Below the pieces are notes generated by a model, which did no database searches, was not told the origin of the DNA, and saw only the letters and a program-made list of their open reading frames with translations. A DNA stretch of 63,687 nt, filler included, from Sphacelaria rigidula (lineage: Eukaryota): the NCBI GenBank assembly GCA_964200075.2. It is 11 parts of 11 records of this genome, joined end to end, with 100 filler letters (N's around TTAATTAATTAA, not from the genome) between each part and the next. Parts side by side here need not be neighbours in the genome. Positions count along the whole stretch, not along the records: positions 11,599 to 17,297 come from CAXNAA020025153.1; positions 17,398 to 23,096 come from CAXNAA020025154.1; positions 23,197 to 28,895 come from CAXNAA020025155.1; 8 more parts are not named here. One strand, written 5' to 3'. Shown one piece after another: positions 11,599 to 24,174 of the stretch. How positions within the stretch are numbered: the stretch's first letter is position 1; each line of letters starts with the position of its first letter. A program made the translations under genes and the position numbers.

Positions 11599-13669
11599 CG
11601 AGGTCATACAGGGACTGCGACAAGGATGTGTGGTGTCTCCTCTGCTGCTCAACATTGGTGTCGTAGGGGCGCTCGATCTCGTCCTCGTGCGATTCAGTGA
11701 GGACGGCGACATCATTCTCGAGGACATGGTATACCGGGAGGAGGAGACGGGGAGGGGGGCGGAGACACCACCGGGACCCTTGCGGAGAGCGGTGTGTGGA
11801 ATGATATAAGCGGAAGATGCCGGCGTCATTTCGGGATCCCACGACGACCTGGCGAGGACAATGACCGTTACAATGCACGTGTTTGGGGCCTTTATCAGAA
11901 TATTGCCGACCTGAGTCCCAGTGCACATGTACGTGGGCTATCAGTGCAAATTGACGGTGTTCTAGATTTACGGGGCGGAGATCATAGACCAATCATGACG
12001 TCGATATTGTGCTTTGAGTATATGTGCCACATGGACGTTCTACAGGCCCCCTACTGCCTTCAGTAGCCTTCTATATACTTGTACTGCGTATTCCGATACA
12101 GCATACTTGGGGTTTGGACGCAGCTCGAGGAGCTTGCACGGTCTACAATGGGTGAGTAAAGGGTATGAGGCGTTAATGAAGAAGAGTGACTACACATTCT
12201 CCTATATCCAGAGCATCCCCTTCAAGGGGCTTTTTCATAGCCCTTGTACTGACAGTGACGGAGATGAAGACGGAGACCCTCTTGATACGGGTACCCGAGG
12301 AATCGCCGAAGAAGTGGGAACCACCCTCGCCACCAACAGCATCTCGCCCGCCACTGGCCATGGAAGCAGCGGGCCAGAACCACGGGCAGATCACTCAGTT
12401 CCGACACATGTGTGATCTTGCCAACGAAGATGGCGAGCTTACACAAGATATCAACCGCCGGAGCAGACCAGCGTGGGTGTGCGTGAGGAAGCTCCCCCTA
12501 GAGCTCTTTGCCCAACCGAGAGCACCGTGGAGACTCGAGGTCCAACTGCTCAAAGCGAAGGCAGTGGAGACTCTACTGTACGGGTGCACGACGTGGCCTC
12601 CAACGGCCAGCGCTACCAGGGGCTGAGAAGGACGCACGATCGGCTCCTTTTGCGAGTTCTCAGGTACCGCCTCGTGCGTGGCACGTACCGACAGCTTTCG
12701 CACGCCCAGGCCCCCGTGAAGATTGGATGCCAGAGTGCCGATCCGCCCACCGCGACTGCTGTTCGCGGGAGCTCGGGGTTGACAACCGGACGGATGACTA
12801 CCGAAGGGACTGGTGTTCGGAACAGCTGTGGGAGGGTGGGGTCCAGGAAAAGGATGCCCGGAGCAACACTAGCTGAAGTGCCTCAGGAACGATCTCGTAG
12901 CGCTCGGAGCCAAAGACGGCTCTACGGATATAAACGCCGTTCGGAGTTGACAGCGTCCTCTCGACTAGAGCAGCCAAGAAGGTGGAGGGAACGCCATGGC
13001 ACGCGGGGGTGCTGCGACAATGGAAAAGGTGTATGACCTCATGGCACATGGACAAGGAGGAGGTCAGCCGACGGCGCGCGAGTAAACGGGACAACAACGG
13101 AGTCAGAACAGCAGAGACGACCGCTAAGAGGGTGGTGGGAGGATGAGGTGTGAACAACCGAAAAAACGCATGAAGATTCTAACTACAAATATCAAAGCGG
13201 TCGAGGAGAGCAGGAAGGAGATGGAAGAACGTATACAGTAGCCAGATATGTATCGAGCTGCATGTGGGGGGGGTTGCAGGAATACCCACCACCACCCTAT
13301 GCCTTTTTTTATGGCTATTTCCTTCCTTCCCTTGTGCGGTACTCTTCCCCCGATGTGGTGTGTCGTCATTTGCTGTTCATGTTATGTCCAGTATAATCGT
13401 ACATACGGTGGTCCCTCCAATGTCTGCGTACGGCTGGGGTGTACCTGTGCGATGAAGTCCCGGCATGGAATATTCCAGCATGATACTTGTGGGAATGTGG
13501 GGTTGACTTGGAGTTCAGGGTACAAGTATAGAACCTTGCGACTTTCATTGCTACGACTAGGGATCTCTGAGTATATGCCTGTTCGGCTTCGCCTGTGGGA
13601 TCTTGTCTCCAGTAGTCCAAATGGTCGCCTGCGACACCGGAATTAAATGAGTACACACCCTCCGCCCCC
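11599..13669 (+). mobile_element. Decayed RTE-clade non-LTR retrotransposon (RT C-terminal half + 3' UTR), interrupted by a ~350-bp insertion at ~11894-12240
   Basis: Translates as QGLRQGCVVSPLLLNI...RRAVCGMI*AEDAGVIS (degenerate YADD motif), then LTVTEMKTET...EAAGQ...DINRRSRPAW...LLKAKAVETLLYGCTTW...HDRLLLRVL, with stops and frameshifts. Putative UTR ends AAATGAGTACACACCCTCCGCCCCC. Confidence 0.88.
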
Positions 13670-15790
13670 CTTTTATGGGGAAGACTTGTGAAGAATACTG
13701 TGTAAGGTGGGGGAATACGTGATACGTGCCTACTGGAATCCGCCCATGTCGATTTTGCTGGTTCCTGTTTTATTTCTCTTCCCCCATCACACCTCATTTG
13801 GGCTACTGGGTCTGTGGCCGAGTTCGCATTAGATGCCCAGTGTAAGTACTGTTCAGATATCGAACCATCCGTGATGTGAAGGCAGCAACAGTGGCCACGG
13901 CTGGAATTGTAGCACGTCGGCCAATGTGCGACAATCGACAATCAACGATGGCATCACTTCGAAATGCTGAGGAACACATGCACGAAGTACACAAACGCGC
14001 TGACAGGTGTACATGGAGAAGGTACAGCGCACATACCTAATATAGTTGGCCCGCGCCTGTTGACAGAAAATTGCCGCGGATCGATGATCAACATCGAGCC
14101 CATTTGAGCAGATACATTGTTTTCACTCCCAATTCTGTAGTCCAACAATTGTCCAGTAATACTGCAACCACGGGCATGTGTTCGTGTTCAGCAGAAGGTA
14201 CCACATGAAGCATTGAAGTAGACGTCGAGACACCCCGCATACACCGTCAGACGGCAGGGTGCTACTTTCTTGCCTGTCTCCTTTCTCGTCAACCGACCAT
14301 GGAATATCACCAGGACAGGGGAAATCGCAAAGTATGTAATACACCAGAAAACACACCCATGTCACTGCGCATGTGAAGAGAGTGCTCCCTGTCAATCCAG
14401 TGGCTGCATGCATTTGTCTTACGTGTACATCATGCAGGTAGCGAGATGAGCGAGAAATAGAACCACAGTTACAAGTGTTATCAGCGTATATTGTTCAGGC
14501 ATCATCACCTTTTCATGTCACCACTACGACCACGAAGAAACCATTCAACATCACAACCACACCGTATGCATCCCTTACACCACAACACCTACAATCATCT
14601 GCCTTGCTTCCCCGACACGTTCCTCCACAACAGTCAGTTCTATCAGCATATGCACCCTATCTATATTTCCCTTCCAGTACACTTTTCGCCACCAGTGCGA
14701 GTAGAATCGTAGCTTTCAAGCCCAAGGTGACCCCGCCTAGACCCTATCCGCATCCGGGTGCCTCCTTGGAAAAGAGGGTTGCTACAGCGGGGTCGAAGAC
14801 CATCAACATTATGCTGACCGTGACTTGTACCCGCAACCCACAAGGGGCTGCAGACACGACGGAGCTTTACACGGTCGTGAGCACAACATCCACACATGGA
14901 ACACGCACACATTTGCACGATACACATCCGTACCATTCTACACAAAATCACACCAATACGCCCCCTGCTGCCACACCTACTCAAATCATACGGAAAACAA
15001 AGCACAAGCAGGGACGAGCTAGGTCAAATATTGAACACAGTAAATGCCAAACATCCCACAACATGAGACCTACCGCAAACAAACACAGACAAGTCAAAGC
15101 CAGAGCCAAATTTGCATCATGCCCCCACTCTCACGCTCCAAGAAGCGAGAAAAGGTTTACTTCCAGCAACTGCAAGGAACAAACCACACACAAGTCGCGT
15201 CCATTCGAACCCACTTAGCCTCAAGTTCTACGTTGACGTGACAAAGCTTATCCAGCTAACGGACCGTATGTCTCACTAGGCGTACGCGATATCTATGCCC
15301 CCCCCTTCATCGAAAGGTCTCGCCTCCCAGTTGAACCAAGGTTCCCTGCAGGCAGGCGCAAGAATCCACATCCCACGCCCCATCATAATTGCTTCGTCAG
15401 TCTTCCATCAACCACAGCCGATACAGCGCAGCTTGTTTGAAGTCCCGATCGAAGGGTTACACACGATAGCCGGAGCACTGCAGTGATGACGATGGCGTCG
15501 TCAGTTTCTTCTCCAATTCACCGCATACCATCTGCAACGGAGACAACGTACGACACGCGAAGATCGTTTACGGAAACTCTTCAGGTGGAAAATGCACCCG
15601 TACAGCCAACATTTCCATCATCTCCACATAGCAAACATATTCCATGCGGATGATAACCTTGACTGGGAGCGAAGACTGCACGAGACAAGAGATGGCTTGA
15701 CCCACGGTACTCACGTTAGACCTCGCGACAACATGTCTCCACACTGCACAACGCTTCCTCCACGCTCGAGCTCGTGCCCCACCAGCTCAC

Positions 15791-16143
15791 AAACTTGTAA
15801 GTGGTTCCCGCCCCCCTTCCAACAGGAGACCTCAGCATGCGGCGCCCGTCGCCGCTGCTGGCCACGGCATCAGAGTCCCACTCGTAGTCGTCCGACAGGT
15901 CATACGACAAGTCATAAGGGAAGTTTTCATCGAAGAAGTCTTTGAAGGAAGAGGACTCGTCGTCGTAGCCGTAAGAGTAGATGCCGTCGTCTCCATCGGA
16001 TCCGGGCCCCGGCGCTGGCTCGGGCGGTACCGCTTCGTCGTTGGGGTCGTGCTTGCAGTCCTTGTCCGCGGCATTGTCTATGATGGCGAAGCCTGCCGGG
16101 CACACGTAGGACATGCAGCTGCCATGTTGCGCTTGGGGTTGGC
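15791..16143 (-). CDS. Exon of a Cys-rich repeat, probably extracellular, protein with an acidic Asp/Tyr-rich segment
   Basis: Acceptor CTTATCCTACAG, donor GTGAGC (alternative AA|GTTTGT possible); in phase with the exon at 17173-17297; encodes SCMSYVCPAGFAIIDNAADKDC...YSYGYDDE...GRRMLRS. Confidence 0.75.
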
Positions 16144-16369
16144 CTGTAGGATAAGATACGTTGCGGCGGAGGGTGCGGAGAGAGTGGGATGATCGCGTGT
16201 ATTCAGCTGCTGCATGCGTACTGAGACGTGCAATGCTATCTGCTGTCGAGTACAAGAGAAGGAAGGTATTGTTTTCCGCGTGCGTTTGCTGAGCTGCATG
16301 TTAAGAAACCTGTCTATGAAACACCTGCTGTGTGTCTGACACGGGAGATTTTGGGCAAGAATGGGAAAT

Positions 16370-16745
16370 TTGGGGCGTCGATATTCCAGATCTTTTGGCA
16401 GTGAACAGTCCAAACACCCTGGAATATCCAGTTTTGTGGATGCTGAATCAGTACTCCAGGTGGTACACGTTACCCGTCATAGTATTGTCGACAGTCGATA
16501 CCCCGGGTACTTCGGGGTACTCGGCATTTGCAGCGGTCGATATTTCAGGAATATCAGCGTTTCTGGCAGTTGGTCATCCATTTGCTCTGGGTTGCTCAGC
16601 ATTTTCGATACCCGATACTCCTTGTACTCGGGAACACTCTGGCGTTCCAGAGGCCAAGTACCTACAGATACTCTAGTACAATACCCGCTACTCTCATTAG
16701 CCATTACTCCCAGTTACTTTGGAATACGTGCGTATAGTACCGCCG
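16370..16745. repeat. Degenerate GATAC/GTACTC-rich intronic satellite-like repeat
   Basis: Recurring TCGATA(C/T), GTACTC and GGCAGT motifs at irregular ~30-bp spacing. Confidence 0.5.
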
Positions 16746-17172
16746 ACTACATCAACACTCTAGCGCCGTAATCACATCCTCACGCTTTCAAACAACCGGA
16801 CCCAAGACAGAAAATTAGAAGCGGCTGAGAATCGAACCCCCTTCTTCGATTTCAAAATGAATCATGTCGATCACCCACCCCCATCTATGTGTGTGTTTTC
16901 TGCCGGACACATGGCGACTCGGACGTCGACAAATTCCATATACGACAGAGAGTTTGTACCTCCATCTGCCTCAACCAGATAGCACGGTTGGAGCTGGGTC
17001 GACGTTGCTTTCTTACCCACGTCACATCTGCGGAGACAGCGTCTCCACGACGTGATAGATAAACGTGGGTTGGTACTCGGGGCGAACACGCTTAGTTCAA
17101 GTCAAAGCCGCACGCCTACTGGTAGTGAGTACACGTACTCGCACTCCGAAGTATCTCCCCACTTCCACTTAC

Positions 17173-17297
17173 CAGCATCGCAGCACGCTTCCTGGGTGCA
17201 GACGCCGTTCTCGCACGAGGTCGTGTCGGCGTAGGGGATAGGGTTGGTGCCGGCTGCACACCCGAAGCTCGAGCAAAACAACGAACAGCACTGCTCC
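17173..17297 (-). CDS. Upstream exon (cut by the contig end) of the same Cys-rich repeat protein
   Basis: EQCCSLFCSSFGCAAGTNPIPYADTTSCENGVCTQEACCDA then G|GTAAGT donor, phase 1, matching the next exon. Confidence 0.8.
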
Positions 17298-17397
17298 NNN
17301 NNNNNNNNNNNNNNNNNNNNNNNNNNNNNNNNNNNNNNNNNTTAATTAATTAANNNNNNNNNNNNNNNNNNNNNNNNNNNNNNNNNNNNNNNNNNNN

Positions 17398-17464
17398 GTC
17401 GATGCTGAGGTGGTTTGAACTACGGCGCGGTCCTCTAAGCACGCGGTCCTCTCACGCATTACAG
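17398..17464. mobile_element. One end of a TAACCC-containing MITE (cut by the contig start)
   Basis: Approximate reverse complement of 17594-17660. Confidence 0.75.
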
Positions 17465-17593
17465 GGTTAACGGCGCGACCCACACCGGTATGCACTTAAG
17501 AAGGCAAGCAGCGATAGCAAGAGTCGTACGTGCGCGCCGGACACAATTGCATAGAAGCGGTGAAAGCGTGATGGATCGGTGTCTATGGTCGTA

Positions 17594-17800
17594 CAGTAAT
17601 GCGTGAGAGGACCGTGTGCTTAGAGGACCGCGCCGTAGTCCAAAACACCCCAAGATCGACGTTTTTCGAAACCAATCAGGCCAGTTCCTGCAGGAACCAC
17701 TCCCCTGGCTCTAACCCCAACACTAACCCTAACCCTAACCGTAGGGATGTTCAAACTCAGATGCGGTCCTCCTAGCACGCGGTCCTCTCACGCATTACAG
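17594..17800. mobile_element. 207-bp MITE with ~38-bp TIRs, TA flanks and internal telomere-like TAACCC repeats
   Basis: TA|CAGTAATGCGTGAGAGGACCG...CGGTCCTCTCACGCATTACAG|TA; internal CTAACCCCAACACTAACCCTAACCCTAACC. Confidence 0.82.
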
Positions 17801-20106
17801 TACGGTGATCGCCTTCATCGCGCACGCATGGACTCACGTGTGCTGGACGTAGTGTTCTGCGAAGAACCGCCGTCGATATGAACAAGGAGACAGTAGCCGT
17901 ATGTGTGCACGTTGCATTGTGACATGCAAGAGGGTAGTTAGAATTCTTTCGAATGTTCAAAAGGTGTGTGGTACACGCTGGGGGAAATGGAACACAAAGA
18001 AGTCAGAGTGTACGGGAGTCGAGGCTTTCTGATCAGGGGGCATCCATCTGAGAGGGACAAAGCGGAGGTGATTCGACGTGCTTATTCATTCGGCTGCTAG
18101 GTGCCAGCGGGGCCACCTTTGTGACGTGTGTGGTACGCGCAGCGGCAGGCTGTGTGCAAGGGATTTGCAAGTTGTTCACCAGTATACGCCTACGTGTGTA
18201 CGCCGTGTGTGGCGTTTTCAGGCCATATTTTGTGGGCAGAAACGTTTGGTGTTCCTCGCTACTTCACATTATACGACGCTTCCTTTTTTCTCCACGCGAA
18301 ACTAGGAACCATAACAACGATTCTGCCGCAGCCAACAACGAAATCCCTATCGATCCTCCCGCAGAAGTCGATGGTTGACACTTCGTTCTACGAGGAACGG
18401 TCTTCAAACAGGTTCTGCACGGGATAGGTGCTGTCTGATGAACGTTGTGTGGTGTGGGGCTGTAAAGAGACAGACCTGCAGGAGGTTCGGGGTCCCTCCT
18501 GGTGAGGAGCACTCTTGAGGTTGTGGACACCGAAATCGGCGAAGGGACACCGGATACTCGTGTTCGCCACAAAGAAAAACGGCCACCGACACACATGTTC
18601 GCACGTTCCCGTGAAAAGAACAGACATGCTATCGATGATGGGCCACGAACGTTCGAATAATTTGCACCAGCATCAGCAGACAGTCTCGTTTGAGCACGGA
18701 CCCTGCCTGCCCACACCAGGTGCCGGACGAGTCTTCTACCCAACGTAGTGCATGGTTTCGTGTTTTTCCTAGAGAGGAAGACGAGTTGTTGTAGTCCTGC
18801 GTGCAATGAAACTGCCGACGCAATAGTAGAATGGCCGCCTTCTTTTATCTGTGGTGGGAATCATTTGAAACGACCCGAGGTCTCCTTTGATTTTGACCGG
18901 AAAATGTGAAATAGTGGATCGGCGCGCAGGCGGTATGTACGTTTCTGAACGTTCCTCCACATGGCATGATATAGTGCCTGCTCCAGTTCCGCACCCACCA
19001 CAGAGTGCATGATACAACGGTCTCGGCGGAATACTTATCCTTACTCAATGGGGTGAGTTTCAAGATGCAGAGAGGAGGCGCGCGTTACACGCGTCGAGTA
19101 ACCTGGTAGGCTCTAGATGCGTCGTGACATCGACCTGGGAGGAGAGCTTACACCCTGTTGACAGCGCACACGCGACCCTTTGACTACCCTTGAAATGTCT
19201 CCAGAGCGGTCGATTTCCGAGCCTCCCCAGGAAACAAACGCCTCCGGAGGGGTGTGCGGCCCTCCAGTTGGGTACTTTTGAGTTTTTATCAGAGGGATTG
19301 AACCCCTCCGGAGGCTTGTTTTGTCTCGGAGGGCCGCGCATCCCTCCGCAAGCATTTTGGGGGGGCCGCGTGTGCAGGTGGTGTCCGTTTGTGGAATTGG
19401 CATCATTTTGGCTGGAATGAGCGTAATGATAGAACAACGTATCTCAACGCGACGCAGTCGGTGTATGTAAACGCCGCGTGGCGCCTAAACCCATCACTTA
19501 TGTTCTGCAATGCTGCAGTGATTGCGTCGCTGTTTTTAACAACGATTTGACTTGGAATTTCGAGTAATAAGTACGTGCGGCCCAAAATTCGCCCGCCCCT
19601 ATCGTATGACGACTCTGTTGTGCCGATCCCGCAAAGCTTGGATCTCGGCGACGAAGCGGAGAATTTATCTGCGGTTCCTTGCGTGCGCTTGTCACACACC
19701 CAAGCTAGGTCCCCGAGGTACGTTATTACTGCATTTGCGCGTGATGCTAGGCCACAACAAACCCAAATATACAAAATGAAGGTGTTCCCGGCCTCTGGGA
19801 GGCCGTTTCCGGTCCGCTGTCGTCACTTGAGCAAATTGTATAACGAGCTCCCCTAGCTGTTGTGTGTATGTGGGGGGGCTGTGAGGTGCCGTGGGCCGAC
19901 TTGCTTCCTGTGTTGAGAACCGCGCGATCTCAAGTGCTGTAGCTGTCCCAAACAAAACTAAGGTATTCAGTGGGCATATTGGCCTCGGGACAGGTGCGGT
20001 CACCCCCTGACGTTTTCATTGTTTCTCCGCGCTTACTGTCATTTATTTTGTCGGGTGAATCGTCGGCCGTAAGGTTCTCCACTCCGACTCGTTACTGTAG
20101 AAGAGA

Positions 20107-20319
20107 CTGTAATGCGCGGGAGGATGGCGTGCTCGGAGGATCACATCGTAGTTGGAAACACCTCATAATCGACGTTGTTCACAACCAGTTGGGACAGTCC
20201 TTGCAAGGACCACATCCCTGATCCTAACCAGAACACCAACCCTAACCCCAACTCCAACCATAGGGATGTTTGAATTCCGATGCGGTTCCCTAAGCACGCG
20301 GTCTTCCCACGTATTACAG
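20107..20319. mobile_element. Diverged copy of the TAACCC-containing MITE
   Basis: CTGTAATGCG...CGTATTACAG termini, colinear with 17594-17800; no TA flank retained. Confidence 0.78.
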
Positions 20320-20584
20320 AGGCAATCGATACAGTGTCTCTTGAGCTGCCAGGCAGGTCGGGTCGTTCGTTGGATGCGGAGTTGAACTCAAGATGCGACC
20401 CGGGACGCAAATGCCCCACCTTGATGATCGAGGGATGCAGAAACAAAAAGCGTCTCGAGGTTACTCGAGCACGGATGGATGTCGCTTGTCGGAATTCCAC
20501 GTTTTTGTTTTTCCCTGACGGAAGAAGGAAACCCAACCCAATATTTACCCCGCAAGCAAGTCTTGCAAGCGAGTTAATTCCACC

Positions 20585-20706
20585 GGTGTGTCTCTTCAGC
20601 AGCTCCACTTTCCTCGGGTATGCCTTTTCAGTAGCTTCATTTTCGGCGGGTGTGTCTCTTCAGCAGCTTCATTTTGCTCGGGTATGCCTCTTTTGCAGCT
20701 CCATTC
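20585..20706. repeat. Minisatellite, ~32-bp unit x ~4 with an alternating dimer structure
   Basis: GGTGTGTCTCTTCAGCAGCT.CA.TTT and GGGTATGCCT...AGCT.CATT units alternate. Confidence 0.75.
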
Positions 20707-21641
20707 TGACACTGTTTTCAAGATATATGTATGGTGGCTGAACACAAGACAAGCGAGACCATGAAACACGGATCCCTTGGAACAATACACGTATTTTATG
20801 TCGGGCTTTTGAGCGCCCGCGCGAGTCGATATGTGAACCTGACCGGCAATTTCAAGAAGATAATGCTGCAATGGTGCTATTCTATTTAGCAGATGAACAC
20901 GCCTGGGCGATCTTCTGTTGTTCATGTTGTTTCATGATGAAAAAGGCTGGTGTACCCTTTCCGCTGCGATGGTGCGTATTTTACTGTGCGGGGCGGAGGG
21001 TACGCAACACTGCTTGGGCAGCCGTAAGCAATAGACAGGCGCTGCTCAAAGCTCTGGATGTGGAGTATGGAGGGTATGTTGCGTGCTCCCGGCGTGATGG
21101 TGTGGTATTGGAGATATGCCGTGTACACGCCAACAGCTCCCACCTAGGTCTGAATGCTGTAGTGTAATGGCAGTGATCAACTCGAGGTGTCGAGCCACAC
21201 CCGCTGCAGTCCCGAGTCGTTAAACTTTTACAAGAGCAGTACTAAGCGTTTCTCCGCAGTTCGGGTGAATGGCACTGATCGGCTTCCATTGGATATTGGT
21301 CCCGTTCATGCAAACCTTCAACTATCGGGGGAGTCAATCCGGTCATGTACGTTCCTCAACCGAAAGTGATGCTGGTCCCATAGTTGACCTCCCGTGGCGG
21401 TCAAATGGCTAGCTCGGTTCAACAGCATCGCAGCGGGCGGCACGGTGTTCTCTTGTTTCATTTTCTCGAGACATTCTTTTACTCCGCCGATTTTCTGGCT
21501 GCTGGCGCTTTCCAGGCTAACACGCCTTACCCGCGCCCTCCCCCCTTCCTGTCAATACCATCACAACACCAGAAGCAACCACCATCCACACCGCTATTCA
21601 TACACACCGACAGAGATCCTTGCTGTTCATCGGGTAAAACA

Positions 21642-21747
21642 ATGCGGGCAGTAATCAAGATGTTTGCTCTCCTCGCGGCAGTGGCTGCACCGACAGCCTT
21701 GGCCGGCAGCCTCAGGGACGTCGATCACTACGAGAAATCGGGCTCCT
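21642..21747 (+). CDS. First exon of a secreted protein of unknown function
   Basis: AAAACAATG start context; MRAVIKMFALLAAVAAPTALA-GSLRDVDHYEKSGS looks like a signal peptide with A-x-A cleavage; donor T|GTGAGT. Confidence 0.65.
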
Positions 21748-21837
21748 GTGAGTTACGGCTGTTTCTGGGTTTCCTTCCTTTTTTTTGCTGATATGCACAT
21801 CCCTTTTCAAACATGTGGATTGGAACTGCGATATCTG

Positions 21838-22760
21838 CCAGAAGTAGCTGACTGTAAATTGAAACACACCACCCACTTGATTGTTGGAGTGTATGTGGCT
21901 ACCGTGGCTTGGGTACAAAACACACGGTGTTCAACTGTCAGCGTGACAGGAGCAATGGGTTGGCAACTTGGCATGCGCAACCAACGCCCGACGTGTGCGT
22001 GCTGTTGCAGGTATCGAGGAAAAATACCCTCGATGCGACTATCAATGTGACTTATCCGGTTTTGGAACTAGCCACAAACGGTTGAGGGCGGGATTTCTGG
22101 ATGTGAGCAAAAGCGATAGCGAGCCCAACCAAAAAAATCCTGAACCAGCAAAGAGGCCCGAAAGACCAGATCGACATATGGCGAAAATGCGTCATCTCTC
22201 CTTTGTTGGACGTTCTCCTGTGCCCTTGTTTGTGAGTGGGGCTATCCCAGCATCATCTAATAATAGTGCTCCATAAACACGGTTACATAGTATAGTTTCT
22301 GGATGCAGTTGGCTTCCTCTCCTCTATTATTTGTTTCTTTCTCCATATGTCATGTACTGCTTGCTGTATGTGTTCTAAAACATCTTCAAAATCTAACCCC
22401 AACGTGGCTGATCCCAGTTCAAAACCAGCCACAACTGATTCCTGTCATACATCTGGTCCTTCGAAAAAGTAATACCGAGCACTGAATATCTTTATCAAAT
22501 CAACGATAGGGTCCAAAAGGACTAGGTCGACGTCGAGTGGAAACACGCCATTCGCCTGTTTGTCGGACGGTCTCAAATGCACTTTTCGTGGGGGGGCTAT
22601 CTCGGCATTAGTCTCCCTTTTGATGATAGCTGCCCGAAGTAGTTGGCTGTAAATTTCAAGACTGACCACTTGATTGTTGGGGTATATGTGGCTATCGTGG
22701 TTTGGGTACACAACACACGGTGTTCAACTGTCAACATGACAGGAGCAATGGGTCCAACTG
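21838..22760. repeat. ~125-bp direct repeat (21838-21968 and 22634-22760)
   Basis: CCACTTGATTGTTGG.GT.TATGTGGCTA.CGTGG.TTGGGTACA.AACACACGGTGTTCAACTGTCA.C.TGACAGGAGCAATGGGT occurs twice. Confidence 0.85.
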
Positions 22761-24174
22761 GTGAACCCAGCTCTGACAAGAGAGCTCGCAGAGGCTGCAC
22801 AGTAGTAGCACTTTCTTCTGCAATGAAAGAAAAATAGTTTCAACTTGGCGCTTCACTCGGCCGAACTCAAATCCAGCACAATCGGTCTCTACTCAATAGT
22901 AAACTGATGACAAATTGGTAAGCTTACTTGAGGTGACTCGCTTCGCAGAGTGATAGCGTTGGGTTATGCTGATCTTTCTTGATATACTATGAAACGATTC
23001 AGGCAAACTGGTGATAACTTAGACTCCCCATACACGATTCTTGGATATTCTCACAATAATATTATGCTGACTTTCTGTATAAACAGCCGATTTTCGNNNN
23101 NNNNNNNNNNNNNNNNNNNNNNNNNNNNNNNNNNNNNNNNTTAATTAATTAANNNNNNNNNNNNNNNNNNNNNNNNNNNNNNNNNNNNNNNNNNNNCTTT
23201 TGGGCAATCAGGCCGAAGAAACCGTGAATTTGGTGATTTTGACTCGTGATGATTTGTCCCAACCGTGGAACGTTTCCAGTTTTTCTTCGTGGCTTCCCGT
23301 TCGTCCAAAAACGAACGGACCAATTATGTGGAGTGGGTCCGAAACAATACACAGAGCAATTAATAGCTCAAGTATAGGTGAGTGGTATCCTGCGTTTCAC
23401 GTCGAGATATTTTTTTTCCGGGCTTTCTGCTGCTCAGACGAGAATACATTAATTTTTTTTTGTCTGGGATCGTCGATTTTTCGTCTCCAAAAGAAATTTG
23501 GGATATTTCGGAACATTCATCACCGGCTGACCTTTCAAACGTCGGCACTTCCCGACGCTACCGCTGAGCAAGCCCCCCTCTCTGTTTGGCGAGCCATCAC
23601 CTCCAACAGCAACATCCCGTCATGTATTCCGGATAAGTTTCCAACCCCTGATTCGTCTGATGTTGTTGAACCCTTGAGTACTAGCTCTTTACATATGAAC
23701 AGCGGTCGATCATCTGGGGGTCGATTTGTGTCATCCTGCAATCCCAGGAGTTTGATTCCCCAACTACACATACTTATATCGTACAAGATATTCGACAGGA
23801 GATTGATGGGGAAAAAAACGCTTCGAGAGGTGCTTTTTGTTTTTCCCCCGCGGTCATCTACCTATTATACCTTCCTTCGTCCAGGTAGCAGTTGTAATAG
23901 TAGTAGTGCTGGTGCTGGTAATAGAAAAGTAGTAGTGGTGCTGGGATGGTTTGCTCCAAGGTGCCGATGTTACACATGGTTTATTCCTGCAATGGTGAAG
24001 TCTAGGCGGTAACATTGCGACGAAAGACTTGACAGCTTAACACAACATAACACACACATGTTTCTCTATGTGTGTCTTTCCTCCCCCGGTGTAAGCAAGT
24101 CGCAGTTGAGTGCCTCGCTTCCGTAGGGTTCATGTGTGAGAGCTCATACCCACAATAGGGTGGCCGAAACAGCT

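Noticed and set aside
18250..19860. Coding-like sequence between the TAACCC MITEs
   Set aside because: Broken by stops in all frames and no family recognised; may be a decayed transposon but this cannot be supported.
23200..24012. Longest ORF in the track (270 aa)
   Set aside because: Starts in a known repeat, has non-coding composition and no recognisable motif.
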